This document shows positions 31,595 through 41,110 of a DNA stretch of 56,231 nt, in pieces; positions within the stretch are counted from its first letter, which is position 1, and each line of letters starts with the position of its first letter. Both the position numbers and the translations under genes were made by a program. The notes under the pieces were generated by a model. That model was given only the letters and a program-made list of their open reading frames with translations, did no database searches and was not told where the DNA came from. This DNA is from Azonexus sp. (GTDB taxonomy: Bacteria; Pseudomonadota; Gammaproteobacteria; Burkholderiales; Rhodocyclaceae): the NCBI GenBank assembly GCA_035298985.1, contig DATGXM010000358.1, positions 1 to 56,231 of the forward strand, written 5' to 3'.

Positions 31595-34291
31595 TTACTT
31601 GATGGCGTATTTGAATTCGCCGGTTTTGCTGGCGGTCAGCTTGATGCGCTCGACGGCGGACTCCTCGGCCATGCGGCCGAGCACGACTTCGGCGATTTCC
31701 GGTAGCAAGGTGCCGTTCAGGATGTGATCGACATTGCGGGCGCCGGAATCGACTTCGGTGCAACGCGCCAGAACGGCGTCGACCAACTTGTCGTCCCACG
31801 CGAATTCAGCCTTGTGATTGGCCGCCACACGGTCACGGATACGCCCCAGCTTGAGTTCGATGATACTGGCCAGCACCTCGTCCGAGATGGGGTAGTAGGG
31901 AACGACCTTCATACGGCCGAGGAAGGCGGGTTTGAAGGACTTGAACAGCACCGGGAGCAGGGCATCGGCCAGGTCATCAGCCACCGGCAGTTCCTCGGCG
32001 GGCTTGTTGAGGCAGGCTTGCATGATCTGGCTGGAGCCGACGTTACTGGTCAGGATGATCAGGGTGTTGCGGAAGTCGATTTCGCGGCCTTCGGCGTCGT
32101 CGAGGACGCCCTTGTCGAAGACCTGGAAGAACAGTTCGAGAACGTCCGGGTGGGCTTTTTCCACTTCGTCGAGCAGCACGACGCTGTATGGGTTGCGGCG
32201 CACAGCTTCAGTCAGCACCCCGCCCTCGCCATAGCCGACATAGCCCGGCGGCGAGCCTTTGAGGCCGGAAACGCTGTGCGCTTCCTGGTATTCGCTCATG
32301 TTGATGGTGACCAGCTTGCGCTCGCCGCCGTACAGGATGTCGGCCAGCGCCAGGGCTGTTTCGGTCTTGCCGACACCGGAGGGGCCGACAAACAGGAAAA
32401 CGCCCTTCGGTTTGTTCGGGTCTTCCAGATTGGCCCGAGCCGTCCGCACCCGCTGCGCCACTGCTTCCAGCGCATGGTCTTGGCCGATGACGCGCTCCTT
32501 CAACATGGGTTTGAGGTTCAGGACGGTGTTGATTTCGTTCTTGACCATCTTGCCGAGCGGAATTCCGGTCCACGCGGCGATGATTTCGGCGACGACGTGG
32601 CCGTCGACCTGCAAGGGCACCATCGGCGACTCACCCTGCAACTCCCGCAGGCGGGACAGGGCCTTGTCGAGATCGCCATTGCCGGTGGATTCGCCGGCCG
32701 GCTTCCTGGGGGATTTGGCTTTCGCTTTCGGCGCGGCTTCGGCAGCTTCGCCATTTTCCAGCTGGCCGCGCAGTTCCAGAACCCAATTGACCAAGCCTTT
32801 CTCTTCTTCAAACCGTGCCTTGAAAATGGCGAGATCGGATTCGATACCGGCAATCTGTCCCTTCAGCTCCTTGATCCGCGCCTCATGCCAGGCGCCGCTG
32901 GCGGCTTCGCGCTCCAGGGCAGCCAGTTCGGCCTTTTCGCGGAGCAGGCGTTTGTCGGCTTCGTCGATCAGCGCCGGCGTGGAACTCTGCCCGAGGGCAA
33001 CCTTGGCGCAGGCCGTGTCGAGCACGCTGATCGCCTTATCCGGCAGCTGGCGCCCGCTGATATAGCGGTGCGATAGGCGAACGGCTTCGGTGACGGCTTC
33101 GTCGAGAACACGAATGCCAAAATGCTTTTCCATCAGCGGTACCATACCGCGCAGCATGGCCGCCGCCAGCGGTTCGGTCGGTTCCTCGACCTTGACGACC
33201 TGGAAACGGCGGGCGAGCGCGGCGTCCTTTTCGAAGTACTTCTTGTATTCCGCCCAGGTGGTCGCCGCGACGGTACGCAATTCGCCACGCGCCAGCGCCG
33301 GCTTGAGCAGATTGGCTGCGTCGTTTTGGCCGGACTGCCCCCCGGCGCCGATCATGGTGTGGGCTTCGTCGATGAACAGGATGATGGGCTTCGGGCTCTT
33401 CTTGACCTCGTCGATGACGTTCTTCAGACGATTCTCGAACTCGCCCTTCACGCTGGCCCCGGCTTGCAGCAAACCCATGTCCAAGGTGTGCAGTTCGACA
33501 CCCAACAGGGGCGGCGGCACATCGTCCTGGGCGATACGCAGTGCCAGCCCTTCGACGACCGCGGTCTTGCCCACCCCGGCCTCGCCGGTCAGGATCGGAT
33601 TGTTCTGGCGGCGACGCATCAGGATGTCGATGACCTGCCGAATCTCGCCATCCCGGCCTATCACCGGATCGACCTTGCCGTCGCGGGCCCGTTGCGTCAG
33701 GTTGGTAGTGAATTGGTCGAGCGCCGGCGTCTTGGCGCCTTGCCGGCCGGCGGCAAGCAAGGGATCATCGCCCTCCTCGCCTTCCTTGGCCGCCCCCAAA
33801 CCAGCCACTTCAGCCGCCTCGGCAGAGCCTTCGGTTATCTTGTCGAAATTGTGCTTCAGTTCGTCGAGGCGGACCTTGGCCAGCAGTTTGGAACCCCGGA
33901 AAGCCAACTGAGACAACTCCGGTTCGGTCAACATGGCGAGCAGCAGATGGCCGGAACGGATACGCGGCAGGCGGGCATCCAGTGAAGCGATCAGCCAGGC
34001 CTGTTCGAGCAGCTTGAGGATGTGGCTGGAGAAAACCGGGGTCCGCGTATTGCCGGTCTTGAAACGATCGATTTCCTGATTCAGTTCACGCTCCAGACCG
34101 GTCGGGCTGATGCCGCAGCGCTTGGCGATGACGAGCAGGTCAGTCCCCGGATTTTCCAATATCGCCAGCAGCAGATGTTCGAGATCAATCTCGTAGTTGC
34201 CGCGCGCCATGCACTGGCTGGCCGCCCGCTCGGCGGCCTGGCGGCAGGTGGTGTTGAGTTTGCTGATCAGGGTTTTCAGGGAGGTGCTCAT
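31595..34291 (-). CDS. tssH: T6SS ATPase TssH/ClpV
   Basis: Two AAA+ modules (GEAGVGKT, GPSGVGKT), LKGSPPGYVGYGEGGVLTEAVR, ClpV-type N-domain. Confidence 0.97.
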   Translation of the reverse strand: MSTSLKTLISKLNTTCRQAAERAASQCMARGNYEIDLEHLLLAILENPGTDLLVIAKRCGISPTGLERELNQEIDRFKTGNTRTPVFSSHILKLLEQAWLIASLDARLPRIRSGHLLLAMLTEPELSQLAFRGSKLLAKVRLDELKHNFDKITEGSAEAAEVAGLGAAKEGEEGDDPLLAAGRQGAKTPALDQFTTNLTQRARDGKVDPVIGRDGEIRQVIDILMRRRQNNPILTGEAGVGKTAVVEGLALRIAQDDVPPPLLGVELHTLDMGLLQAGASVKGEFENRLKNVIDEVKKSPKPIILFIDEAHTMIGAGGQSGQNDAANLLKPALARGELRTVAATTWAEYKKYFEKDAALARRFQVVKVEEPTEPLAAAMLRGMVPLMEKHFGIRVLDEAVTEAVRLSHRYISGRQLPDKAISVLDTACAKVALGQSSTPALIDEADKRLLREKAELAALEREAASGAWHEARIKELKGQIAGIESDLAIFKARFEEEKGLVNWVLELRGQLENGEAAEAAPKAKAKSPRKPAGESTGNGDLDKALSRLRELQGESPMVPLQVDGHVVAEIIAAWTGIPLGKMVKNEINTVLNLKPMLKERVIGQDHALEAVAQRVRTARANLEDPNKPKGVFLFVGPSGVGKTETALALADILYGGERKLVTINMSEYQEAHSVSGLKGSPPGYVGYGEGGVLTEAVRRNPYSVVLLDEVEKAHPDVLELFFQVFDKGVLDDAEGREIDFRNTLIILTSNVGSSQIMQACLNKPAEELPVADDLADALLPVLFKSFKPAFLGRMKVVPYYPISDEVLASIIELKLGRIRDRVAANHKAEFAWDDKLVDAVLARCTEVDSGARNVDHILNGTLLPEIAEVVLGRMAEESAVERIKLTASKTGEFKYAIK

Positions 34292-34304
34292 TACGATGGT
34301 CTGC

Positions 34305-35369
34305 TTAATGGATGAAATGGGTGAGATAGGCGGTATCGGCGCGGTCGCGGGTTTCCGGATTGCTCAGCATGAAGCTGTCGTAGCCCAGGCGGCAACCGAC
34401 TTGCCCGCCCAGCCCTGCCGGTTTAACGTCCGCGGCGCGCAGGATGGGACGGATTTCGTATTCGAACTGGCCACCGGTCGCCAGTGAGAGGATTTTTTCC
34501 AGCGCAGCCGCCAGTTCGCCTTTGGGCAAGAAGCCCATGTAGCGGGCATGCCGCAAGGGGCCGATATGAATACGGATACGCAAATTGCGTTGCCACACAC
34601 GTTCGCCGACCAGCGCATTGCCGCCAAGCGTGAGGTTCTTGCCGCCCAGGCAGGAACGCTGCTCAGGCGGCACGGTGTACCAGTGGCCGACGAATTGTTC
34701 GACCCGGACGGTTTCCTGGAAATAGCTGCCGATCACCCGTTCCAGGGCTTCGGCCGATACCGGCCGCTGACGAAGCAAGCCGGTGAAATAGGCAATCGAT
34801 TCATCATCGATGGCCCCCGCGCCGCTGCCCAGGCGTTCGCGCAGGGCGTCGAAGCCCAGCCCGCCGAGGGACAGAATCAGAGGTAGAAAGCGGTTTTGCC
34901 GGTCAGTTTCGTAAAGGATGGGCAGGCGGTATTTCTTCCAGGCGCGATAGAAATGGCCGACCGCCCGGTTGGTGAACAGGTCGAGAAACGCCCGCCCCGC
35001 TTCGTCTCGCTTGAACCGGGCGTGGTTGATGACCTGCTCGGTATAGTGGATCGGCAAGGTGCCGTTGAGTCCGAGCATACCCATGAAACTGGGTGTCACC
35101 TCGACCTGTTCGAGTTCGCCGGTAGCCAGCCCGTCATCGTCCAGGCGATAGCTCGGCTCGATGGCATCGATCTGGCTGGGCGCAAAGCCCAGGCGCAGGG
35201 AATTACGGAAGCGGATGCGCTCATTGACTACATCGCCCCTCTGCCCGCGCGAGGAGTGGCGGAAGACGATCTCGTAGAGACGAACGAGCTGGAAAAACTC
35301 GTAACGCTCAGGCTCCTGCAGGCTGTGATCGACTAGAGCAGGATCGAATCGCCGTTGCGGGGTGCGCAT
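34305..35369 (-). CDS. tssG: T6SS baseplate TssG
   Basis: YEFFQLVRL, FMGMLGLNGTLPIHYTE, FLDLFTNR, FYRAWKKYR. Confidence 0.95.
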   Translation of the reverse strand: MRTPQRRFDPALVDHSLQEPERYEFFQLVRLYEIVFRHSSRGQRGDVVNERIRFRNSLRLGFAPSQIDAIEPSYRLDDDGLATGELEQVEVTPSFMGMLGLNGTLPIHYTEQVINHARFKRDEAGRAFLDLFTNRAVGHFYRAWKKYRLPILYETDRQNRFLPLILSLGGLGFDALRERLGSGAGAIDDESIAYFTGLLRQRPVSAEALERVIGSYFQETVRVEQFVGHWYTVPPEQRSCLGGKNLTLGGNALVGERVWQRNLRIRIHIGPLRHARYMGFLPKGELAAALEKILSLATGGQFEYEIRPILRAADVKPAGLGGQVGCRLGYDSFMLSNPETRDRADTAYLTHFIH

Positions 35370-37165
35370 CGGATCAGTTCCTCTCCGGTTCGGCTGGATA
35401 CGACAACCAGCTGGATAAAGCTGTTCAGGCTGACGTAAAGCCCAAGAAAGCGGTCGATACAGCGCACGAAAACATCGAGGCCGCTGCCGACAAAACTTGT
35501 TTCATCGATCTTGAGCCGGACTTCGACACCGCGCACGAAACAGGCAAATGGTTCGCCGGACATCCAGACCGTTTTGTCCACTTGATCGATATCGACCAAT
35601 CCCTCGATCTGCCGACGGCTGGCGGCGCTTCTCGGCAGGTCGTACAAGGCCAGCATTTCCTGGAAGGCGGCCAGGCCGCTGGCGGTCAGCGACAAGTGGT
35701 TCAACGACAGGTGCGAGATGATCCGCCACTGGCCGTCACGCCGATGATCGAAGCGGTAAGGCTGGCTCGGCTTGCGCAGCAGCTTGATGGCGCGAACGCT
35801 GGAACCGCCTTCGAGAAAGAGATCGCCGGATGGCAAGCCGACCGACATCAGGGTCGGCAGATCACGATTGGTACAGCTCAATTGCAGGCTCAGGACGTCG
35901 GTTTTCGGCTGTACCGGATCGAAATCGGCATCGACGATGGACAGCGATGTCTCGTAGCCCGGGCTGGTCTCGGCGTGCAGGTGATCGCGTTGGGCGTACC
36001 AGTAATAGCCGTTGCGCTCCGGCGTTTCGCCATGGCGCAAGGAGAAGAATGGACGGAACTCGGTAACCGCCTCGCCCTGCGCGGTCTGCCGTACCCGGCG
36101 CACGGCATCGATGGAGTAGATATCGTAGGCATAGGCGCGCCGGCTGTCGGCGACCACCGGATAGCTCACCTGGCGATTGCTGATGCGGATCGGATCGCCA
36201 CGCTGAGCAAACAGGTTGACCACCGGCACGCAACCCAGCCGCAGGTTCTGCGCAGTCAGCGTTTGCAAGAGGCGCGAGGCGTCGCTGTCAGCGCGCAGGT
36301 CGCCCAGAGCGACGTGCAGCGTAATCTTGCTTTCCTCGTGCAATCCCGAGGGAATGTCGGCGATGTTGATATCGAAGAAATTGAATTTCTCCGGAAAGCA
36401 GAAATACTCGGTCAGATAGCGGTAGGCACCGTGCGCGGTAGCCGGCATGTCGATCAACGCCTCATTGGCGCCGAAGCCGACTTCGCCGATCAGCTTGTCG
36501 CGGGCGATGCACCAGCGCTGGTCAGCACCGACGGCATAGACCTTCAGCTTGCGCAGGAAAAGCGCATCACGCAGCGCCGAAGCGACGGAAGCTTCGGCAT
36601 CGATGTAGATGCGCAGCTTGTCCAGCTTGCCAATCCCCGCATCCTGCGCGCTTCCGCGCAGGGAGAGCGAAAACGACAGCAAGGCATTGCAACCGACCGG
36701 CAGGCGAACTTCGCCCGGTGCACTGGCAATCGGATCGAAGGCCAGGTCGCCGAGCGACACCGGTGCCAGTTGCAGATTCCAGGCTGTCCTGAATTTGCAG
36801 ACCGCGCCCTTGATCGGCCGCGATTGCAACTCGGTGCCACGCGGAATACTGGCTACCGACGTCAGGTCGCCGCCGCCGTGATCGAAATGGGCAATCGAGC
36901 AACTCGGAAAAGGCCGCAGGTAATGCGGGTACAGGACGTTGAGCAGCGCCTCGGTAAATTGCGGATAACTGTCTTCGAGTTTCTTGGAAACGCGGGCCGT
37001 CAGCAAGGCAAACGACTGGATCATCCGCTCGACGTGCGGGTCGTCACAGCCCTCGCCGGAGAGCAGCAACTGGGCGGCCAGTTTGGGATAGCGCTCGGCA
37101 AACTGGCGCGAATGCTGGCGCATGAAGGCCAGTTCCCGTTCATAGTACGGCAGCAAATCTTCCAT
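35333..37165 (-). CDS. tssF: T6SS baseplate TssF
   Basis: LLPYYERELAF, DPHVERMIQSFA, YLTEYFCFPEKFNF, CTNRDLP, SLNHLSL. Confidence 0.97.
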   Translation of the reverse strand: MEDLLPYYERELAFMRQHSRQFAERYPKLAAQLLLSGEGCDDPHVERMIQSFALLTARVSKKLEDSYPQFTEALLNVLYPHYLRPFPSCSIAHFDHGGGDLTSVASIPRGTELQSRPIKGAVCKFRTAWNLQLAPVSLGDLAFDPIASAPGEVRLPVGCNALLSFSLSLRGSAQDAGIGKLDKLRIYIDAEASVASALRDALFLRKLKVYAVGADQRWCIARDKLIGEVGFGANEALIDMPATAHGAYRYLTEYFCFPEKFNFFDINIADIPSGLHEESKITLHVALGDLRADSDASRLLQTLTAQNLRLGCVPVVNLFAQRGDPIRISNRQVSYPVVADSRRAYAYDIYSIDAVRRVRQTAQGEAVTEFRPFFSLRHGETPERNGYYWYAQRDHLHAETSPGYETSLSIVDADFDPVQPKTDVLSLQLSCTNRDLPTLMSVGLPSGDLFLEGGSSVRAIKLLRKPSQPYRFDHRRDGQWRIISHLSLNHLSLTASGLAAFQEMLALYDLPRSAASRRQIEGLVDIDQVDKTVWMSGEPFACFVRGVEVRLKIDETSFVGSGLDVFVRCIDRFLGLYVSLNSFIQLVVVSSRTGEELIRCAPRNGDSILL

Positions 37166-37641
37166 CAGGCTCCCAGGCGCCGATGTCGGCTTACCGAGTA
37201 TTGCAGGCTGGTCGGCGTCAACAAGGCATCGAAGCTGACTGGCTCCTGTGCCGGCCGGACGACCAAAACAGCGTTGATCGAGAAATACAAGGCGTTCACC
37301 GTCTTGCGATGCAGTTCGAGCTCGACCCGGACATCCCGCAGGCGCGGTTCATGGGCCGCAATGGCGCTTTCAATGGAGGAACAGATTTTCCGGCGGTGAT
37401 AGACATTGGCCAGGCTCAGCCCGGCAAAATCGGCCAGGCCGAAACCGGCGACCGAGCGCGCCACCAAAGGAAAAGATTGGGCCAGTCCCTCGTCCATGGC
37501 CATGCGGGTATTGAGCAGCGCTTCCAGATCGCGGGCCACCGTATCCTTCAATTGCTCAAGCGACAAACGGCGCCGCGCAGCCCCCACGGGCTGGTCGTCG
37601 AATAGCTTGTCGAAAAAGGAAGGTTCGAAACCCTTGTTCAT
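37165..37641 (-). CDS. tssE: T6SS baseplate TssE (gp25-like)
   Basis: VARDLEALLNTR, HEPRL. Confidence 0.95.
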   Translation of the reverse strand: MNKGFEPSFFDKLFDDQPVGAARRRLSLEQLKDTVARDLEALLNTRMAMDEGLAQSFPLVARSVAGFGLADFAGLSLANVYHRRKICSSIESAIAAHEPRLRDVRVELELHRKTVNALYFSINAVLVVRPAQEPVSFDALLTPTSLQYSVSRHRRLGA

Positions 37642-37642
37642 G

Positions 37643-37669
37643 AAAAACGGCGGAACACCGGTTCCGCCG
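37643..37669 (-). terminator. Intrinsic terminator-like hairpin after hcp
   Basis: Minus strand CGGCGGAAC-CGGT-GTTCCGCCG-TTTTT. Confidence 0.7.
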
Positions 37670-37690
37670 CGTTCTCCACGATCGCGTCGA

Positions 37691-38227
37691 TCAGGTGAGG
37701 TTCGGCGTGTTCTTCGCCAGGTTCCAGGCGCCCTGGATATTGACCTTGCCGGTCTTGGTACCGTCGATGTTCAGTTCGTCGTAGGTCCACTTCACGGCAG
37801 AGTATTTCAGGGAGAAGCTCTCTTTCGGAATGCCCTCTTCATCAACCGCCGGAGAAACGGAGGCGATGATGACGTTCTTCAGTTCGATCTTCAGATACTG
37901 ATGGCGATTCTGCGTAGCCGAAGGATTGCCGGTGTTGTTCTGGCCGCCAAAGGCACGGTAGAAATAGATGATCACATCGCTGACCACCAGACCCGAGGAA
38001 CAGGCCTGGTACAGCTTGGGACTGGATCCGTCGATATCCTTGGTGAAAATCATCTCGCCATGCTCAACACGCTCGGCGGTATGGCCACCGGCGGCGGAAG
38101 CGGTAGCGGATTTCGGCTGACGCATGGTGTGCGCCCAGCTATACACCTCGACGGTGTCCTTATGCTTGGCATCGCGGGAATCGCCCTTGATGTCACTGCC
38201 TTTGAACTCGACGTAAATATCCTTCAT
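37691..38227 (-). CDS. hcp: T6SS tube protein Hcp (TssD)
   Basis: IKGDSRDAKH, QPKSATASAAGGHTAERVEHG, YSAVKWTY, GAWNLAKN. Confidence 0.97.
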   Translation of the reverse strand: MKDIYVEFKGSDIKGDSRDAKHKDTVEVYSWAHTMRQPKSATASAAGGHTAERVEHGEMIFTKDIDGSSPKLYQACSSGLVVSDVIIYFYRAFGGQNNTGNPSATQNRHQYLKIELKNVIIASVSPAVDEEGIPKESFSLKYSAVKWTYDELNIDGTKTGKVNIQGAWNLAKNTPNLT

Positions 38228-38261
38228 CTTGCTGATTCTCCTTAATGGTTATGGGAAACGA

Positions 38262-39746
38262 TTAGCCCTTGCTGGACTGCGGCAGTTCGGCAACCAGACG
38301 GAGCGAGACGGACAGCTCGTCCAACTGGAAATGCGGGCGGATGAACGACACGGCGCGGTAGACGCCGGGACGCCCGGGCACCTCGCTGACCTCGACCGAG
38401 GCTTCGCGCAGCGGGAATTGCGCCTTGGTTTCCTGCGATGCCGAATCGTCGGCCGTCACGTACTGGTCGATCCAGCGTTGCAGATAGCTTTGGACGTTGG
38501 AAGCGGAAGCAAAGCTGCCGATCTTGTCTCGCATCATCGCCTTCATGTAGTGAGCGATCCGCGATACCGCGAACATGTATTGCAGTTGGGCGGAGAGCGA
38601 GGCGTTGGCATTGGCCGAATCGGTGTCGTATTTCTTGGCCTTCTGGGCCGACTGGGCACCGAAGAACGCGGCGTAATCGGTGTTCTTGCAATGCACCAGC
38701 GGGATGAAACCGAGATCGCTGAGCTCTTTTTCGCGCCGGTCGGTGATGGCGACTTCGGTCGGGCACTTGAGCGCCACTTCGCCATCGTCGGTACGGAAGG
38801 TGTGCGTAGGCAGATCCTCGACCAGGCCGCCTCCTTCCACCCCTCGAATGGCTGCACACCAGCCGTAGCTTTCGAAGGCGCTGGTCAGCCGTGCGGCAAA
38901 GGCAAAGGCGGCATTGCACCAGAGATACTTGTCGTGATCGGTACCATCGACGTCCTCGACGAAGTTGAAGCCCTCGGTCACTTCGCCGTCAATCGGGTTG
39001 TAAGGCAGACGCCCGAGGAAGCGCGGCAAGGCCAGACCGACGTAACGCGAATCCTCCGACTCGCGGAAGGATTTCCACTTGGCGTACTCGACCGTGTCGA
39101 ACACCTTGCCCATGTCGCGCGGCTTGCCGAGTTCGGTATAAGTCTCCAGCCCGAACAGTTGTGGCGCGGCAGATGCGATGAATGGGGCGTGGGCGGCAGC
39201 GGCAACATGCGACATCTGGTCAATGAAGTACATGTCCTCCGGCTGCCGGGAGATTTCGTACTGGCCGATCAGCGTACCGAACGGTGAGCCGCCAAAAGTA
39301 CCGAATTCTTCTTCGTACACCTTCTTGAACAGGGCGCTCTGGTCAAAATCGACGGCTGCCTTGAAATCCTTGACCAGGTCGCGCTTGGCGGCGTTGAACA
39401 GCTTGATCTTGAGCTGCTGGCCGGTTGAGGTCTGCTTGCACAGGTAGTGCAAACCGGTCCAGGCACTTTCCAGGGCCTGGAATTCCGGTGCATGCATGAC
39501 TTCGCTGAGCTGTTCGGAAATCAGGCGATCCAGCTCGGCAACCCGCGCATCTAGCGAGGCAGCGAGATTTTCGGAGACGACGACCTCGCCATCGAGAACC
39601 TGGCTGACCAGCTCGCTGATGATGTCGCGCGCTCGGTTCTTTTCCTGATCGGACTGGGCGACACGGCTTTTCTCGATGATCTGGTCGAGCAGCCCTGCTT
39701 CCTGAATGCCGGCCGAGCCGGTCGCCATTGTGGCCTGGAGCGTCAT
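38262..39746 (-). CDS. tssC: T6SS contractile sheath large subunit
   Basis: FQALESAWTGL, DQSALFKKVYEEEFG, AIRGVEGGG, RPHFQL. Confidence 0.98.
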   Translation of the reverse strand: MTLQATMATGSAGIQEAGLLDQIIEKSRVAQSDQEKNRARDIISELVSQVLDGEVVVSENLAASLDARVAELDRLISEQLSEVMHAPEFQALESAWTGLHYLCKQTSTGQQLKIKLFNAAKRDLVKDFKAAVDFDQSALFKKVYEEEFGTFGGSPFGTLIGQYEISRQPEDMYFIDQMSHVAAAAHAPFIASAAPQLFGLETYTELGKPRDMGKVFDTVEYAKWKSFRESEDSRYVGLALPRFLGRLPYNPIDGEVTEGFNFVEDVDGTDHDKYLWCNAAFAFAARLTSAFESYGWCAAIRGVEGGGLVEDLPTHTFRTDDGEVALKCPTEVAITDRREKELSDLGFIPLVHCKNTDYAAFFGAQSAQKAKKYDTDSANANASLSAQLQYMFAVSRIAHYMKAMMRDKIGSFASASNVQSYLQRWIDQYVTADDSASQETKAQFPLREASVEVSEVPGRPGVYRAVSFIRPHFQLDELSVSLRLVAELPQSSKG

Positions 39747-40255
39747 TGCAGGCCTCCATCGTTGCGCTGGCCGCCAAGGCTCTGCAGCTGTTCGGTGCTG
39801 TTCAGCACGTCATTGAGTAAATCTTCGAGTTTTTCATTTCCGGCCAGTTTGTTGCGCAGGTCGGCCAGCTTGGAACGCGCCTCCTGCAGTTTGCGCAAAG
39901 GTTCGACCTGCTGGACCACGGATTCGGGGCGGAAGTCCTCGAACTTGCTGAATTCGATGTCAATCCCCAACTCGCCACCTTCCGGCGTCAGGCGATTCTT
40001 GACGCGATAGGCGGCACGCGGCGCCATGCCTTCCATCACGTCATCGAAGTTGTCCATGTCGATATTGACGAATTTGCGATCACGGACCTTTCCCTGCTCC
40101 TGCTTGGATTGCGCGGCGAAATCACCGAGTACGCCAACCACGAACGGTAGCTCCTTCACCTCGATGGCGTCGCCAATTTCGACGTCGTACGTCAACTGAA
40201 CGCGCGGCGGACGAACCTTCTGCAAGCGCTTCTGAACACTTTCCTTTTTAGCCAC
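39743..40255 (-). CDS. tssB: T6SS contractile sheath small subunit
   Basis: RPPRVQLTYDVE, KELPFVVGVLGDF; GTG start after GGAGG. Confidence 0.98.
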   Translation of the reverse strand: MAKKESVQKRLQKVRPPRVQLTYDVEIGDAIEVKELPFVVGVLGDFAAQSKQEQGKVRDRKFVNIDMDNFDDVMEGMAPRAAYRVKNRLTPEGGELGIDIEFSKFEDFRPESVVQQVEPLRKLQEARSKLADLRNKLAGNEKLEDLLNDVLNSTEQLQSLGGQRNDGGLQ

Positions 40256-40333
40256 AAGAACCTCCGAAACAAAGACTGAGAGCGATGACGTACGGGCAAG
40301 GCAATGCGAGCCACGCGTCTTTCATGAAACGAA

Positions 40334-40951
40334 TTACTTCAACGCGCTAAACGGATTGCCCGCCGAGGCCGAAGCCGGGGCCTGCGTTCTCTGAGCGACA
40401 GGCTGCGGAGAACCCGTCGATAGGGGTTTTGGACGAACGACAACGGGAGCCGACTTTTTCTTCTTGTCATCTGGCGGAACCAGCACATCTTCACCCAACG
40501 TGTCGCGCATGACCTTTGCCAAACCAACCGCATCGGAGCGGGCATCCCCCTTCAATTCCACATCCCCCTTCAGATCGCTCAAGGACTGTGCGGCCACACG
40601 AAGCCCCCCCACCGCCCGGATACTCTTGGCCGTGCGATCGGTGTTATCGCGCTGCAGGGCTTCTTCGGCCGCCACGATGGCTTGGGCATAGTTCTCGCCG
40701 TCGAAATGGATCCTCGCCATGCGCACCCACGGGTCTTTGCGTCCGGGATTTTTCTTGGCTAAATCGTTCAAAACCTTGACAGCCTCTTCCCGATTGCCTT
40801 TTTCCAGCATCGAATCGGCACTGGCACTCGACTGCGCCATGGCCGTGGAAAACTCTTCCTGGGACATCGGCGTGTTTTTCGACGCGCAGCCGGACACCGT
40901 GATGACAGCGCCTACAACGAGCACCGATGATAGATGCTTCAGCGGGTACAT
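40334..40951 (-). CDS. T6SS-associated TPR lipoprotein (TagM-like)
   Basis: Lipobox TVSGC, TPR-like helices (PWVRMARIHF..NYAQAIVAAEEAL), NPFSALK tail; first gene of the tssB arm. Confidence 0.8.
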   Translation of the reverse strand: MYPLKHLSSVLVVGAVITVSGCASKNTPMSQEEFSTAMAQSSASADSMLEKGNREEAVKVLNDLAKKNPGRKDPWVRMARIHFDGENYAQAIVAAEEALQRDNTDRTAKSIRAVGGLRVAAQSLSDLKGDVELKGDARSDAVGLAKVMRDTLGEDVLVPPDDKKKKSAPVVVRPKPLSTGSPQPVAQRTQAPASASAGNPFSALK

Positions 40952-40973
40952 TCCTTCTCCTTGCTATGCCAAA

Positions 40974-40990
40974 CGGCATAAATAATGCCA
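40974..40990 (-). promoter_or_regulatory. Candidate sigma-54 (-24/-12) promoter of the TPR-tssB arm
   Basis: Minus strand TGGCAT-TATTT-ATGC (GG-N10-GC); the predicted start site falls just upstream of the AAGGAGAAGGA RBS. Confidence 0.5.
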
Positions 40991-41110
40991 TTGGGTTTGC
41001 CTATATCAAGCCGAAATAGTACATTAATGCCTTTGGTATTTTCAACCAGAATGCATATTTTATTTAACTGAGCGCCCCACTCGATCAATCGCCCTGCCCA
41101 CATCAATTTC

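Noticed and set aside
35582-37399. 605-aa ORF antisense to tssF, considered as a hidden tssA or tssM
   Set aside because: No ImpA_N, Walker A or TM features; shadow ORF
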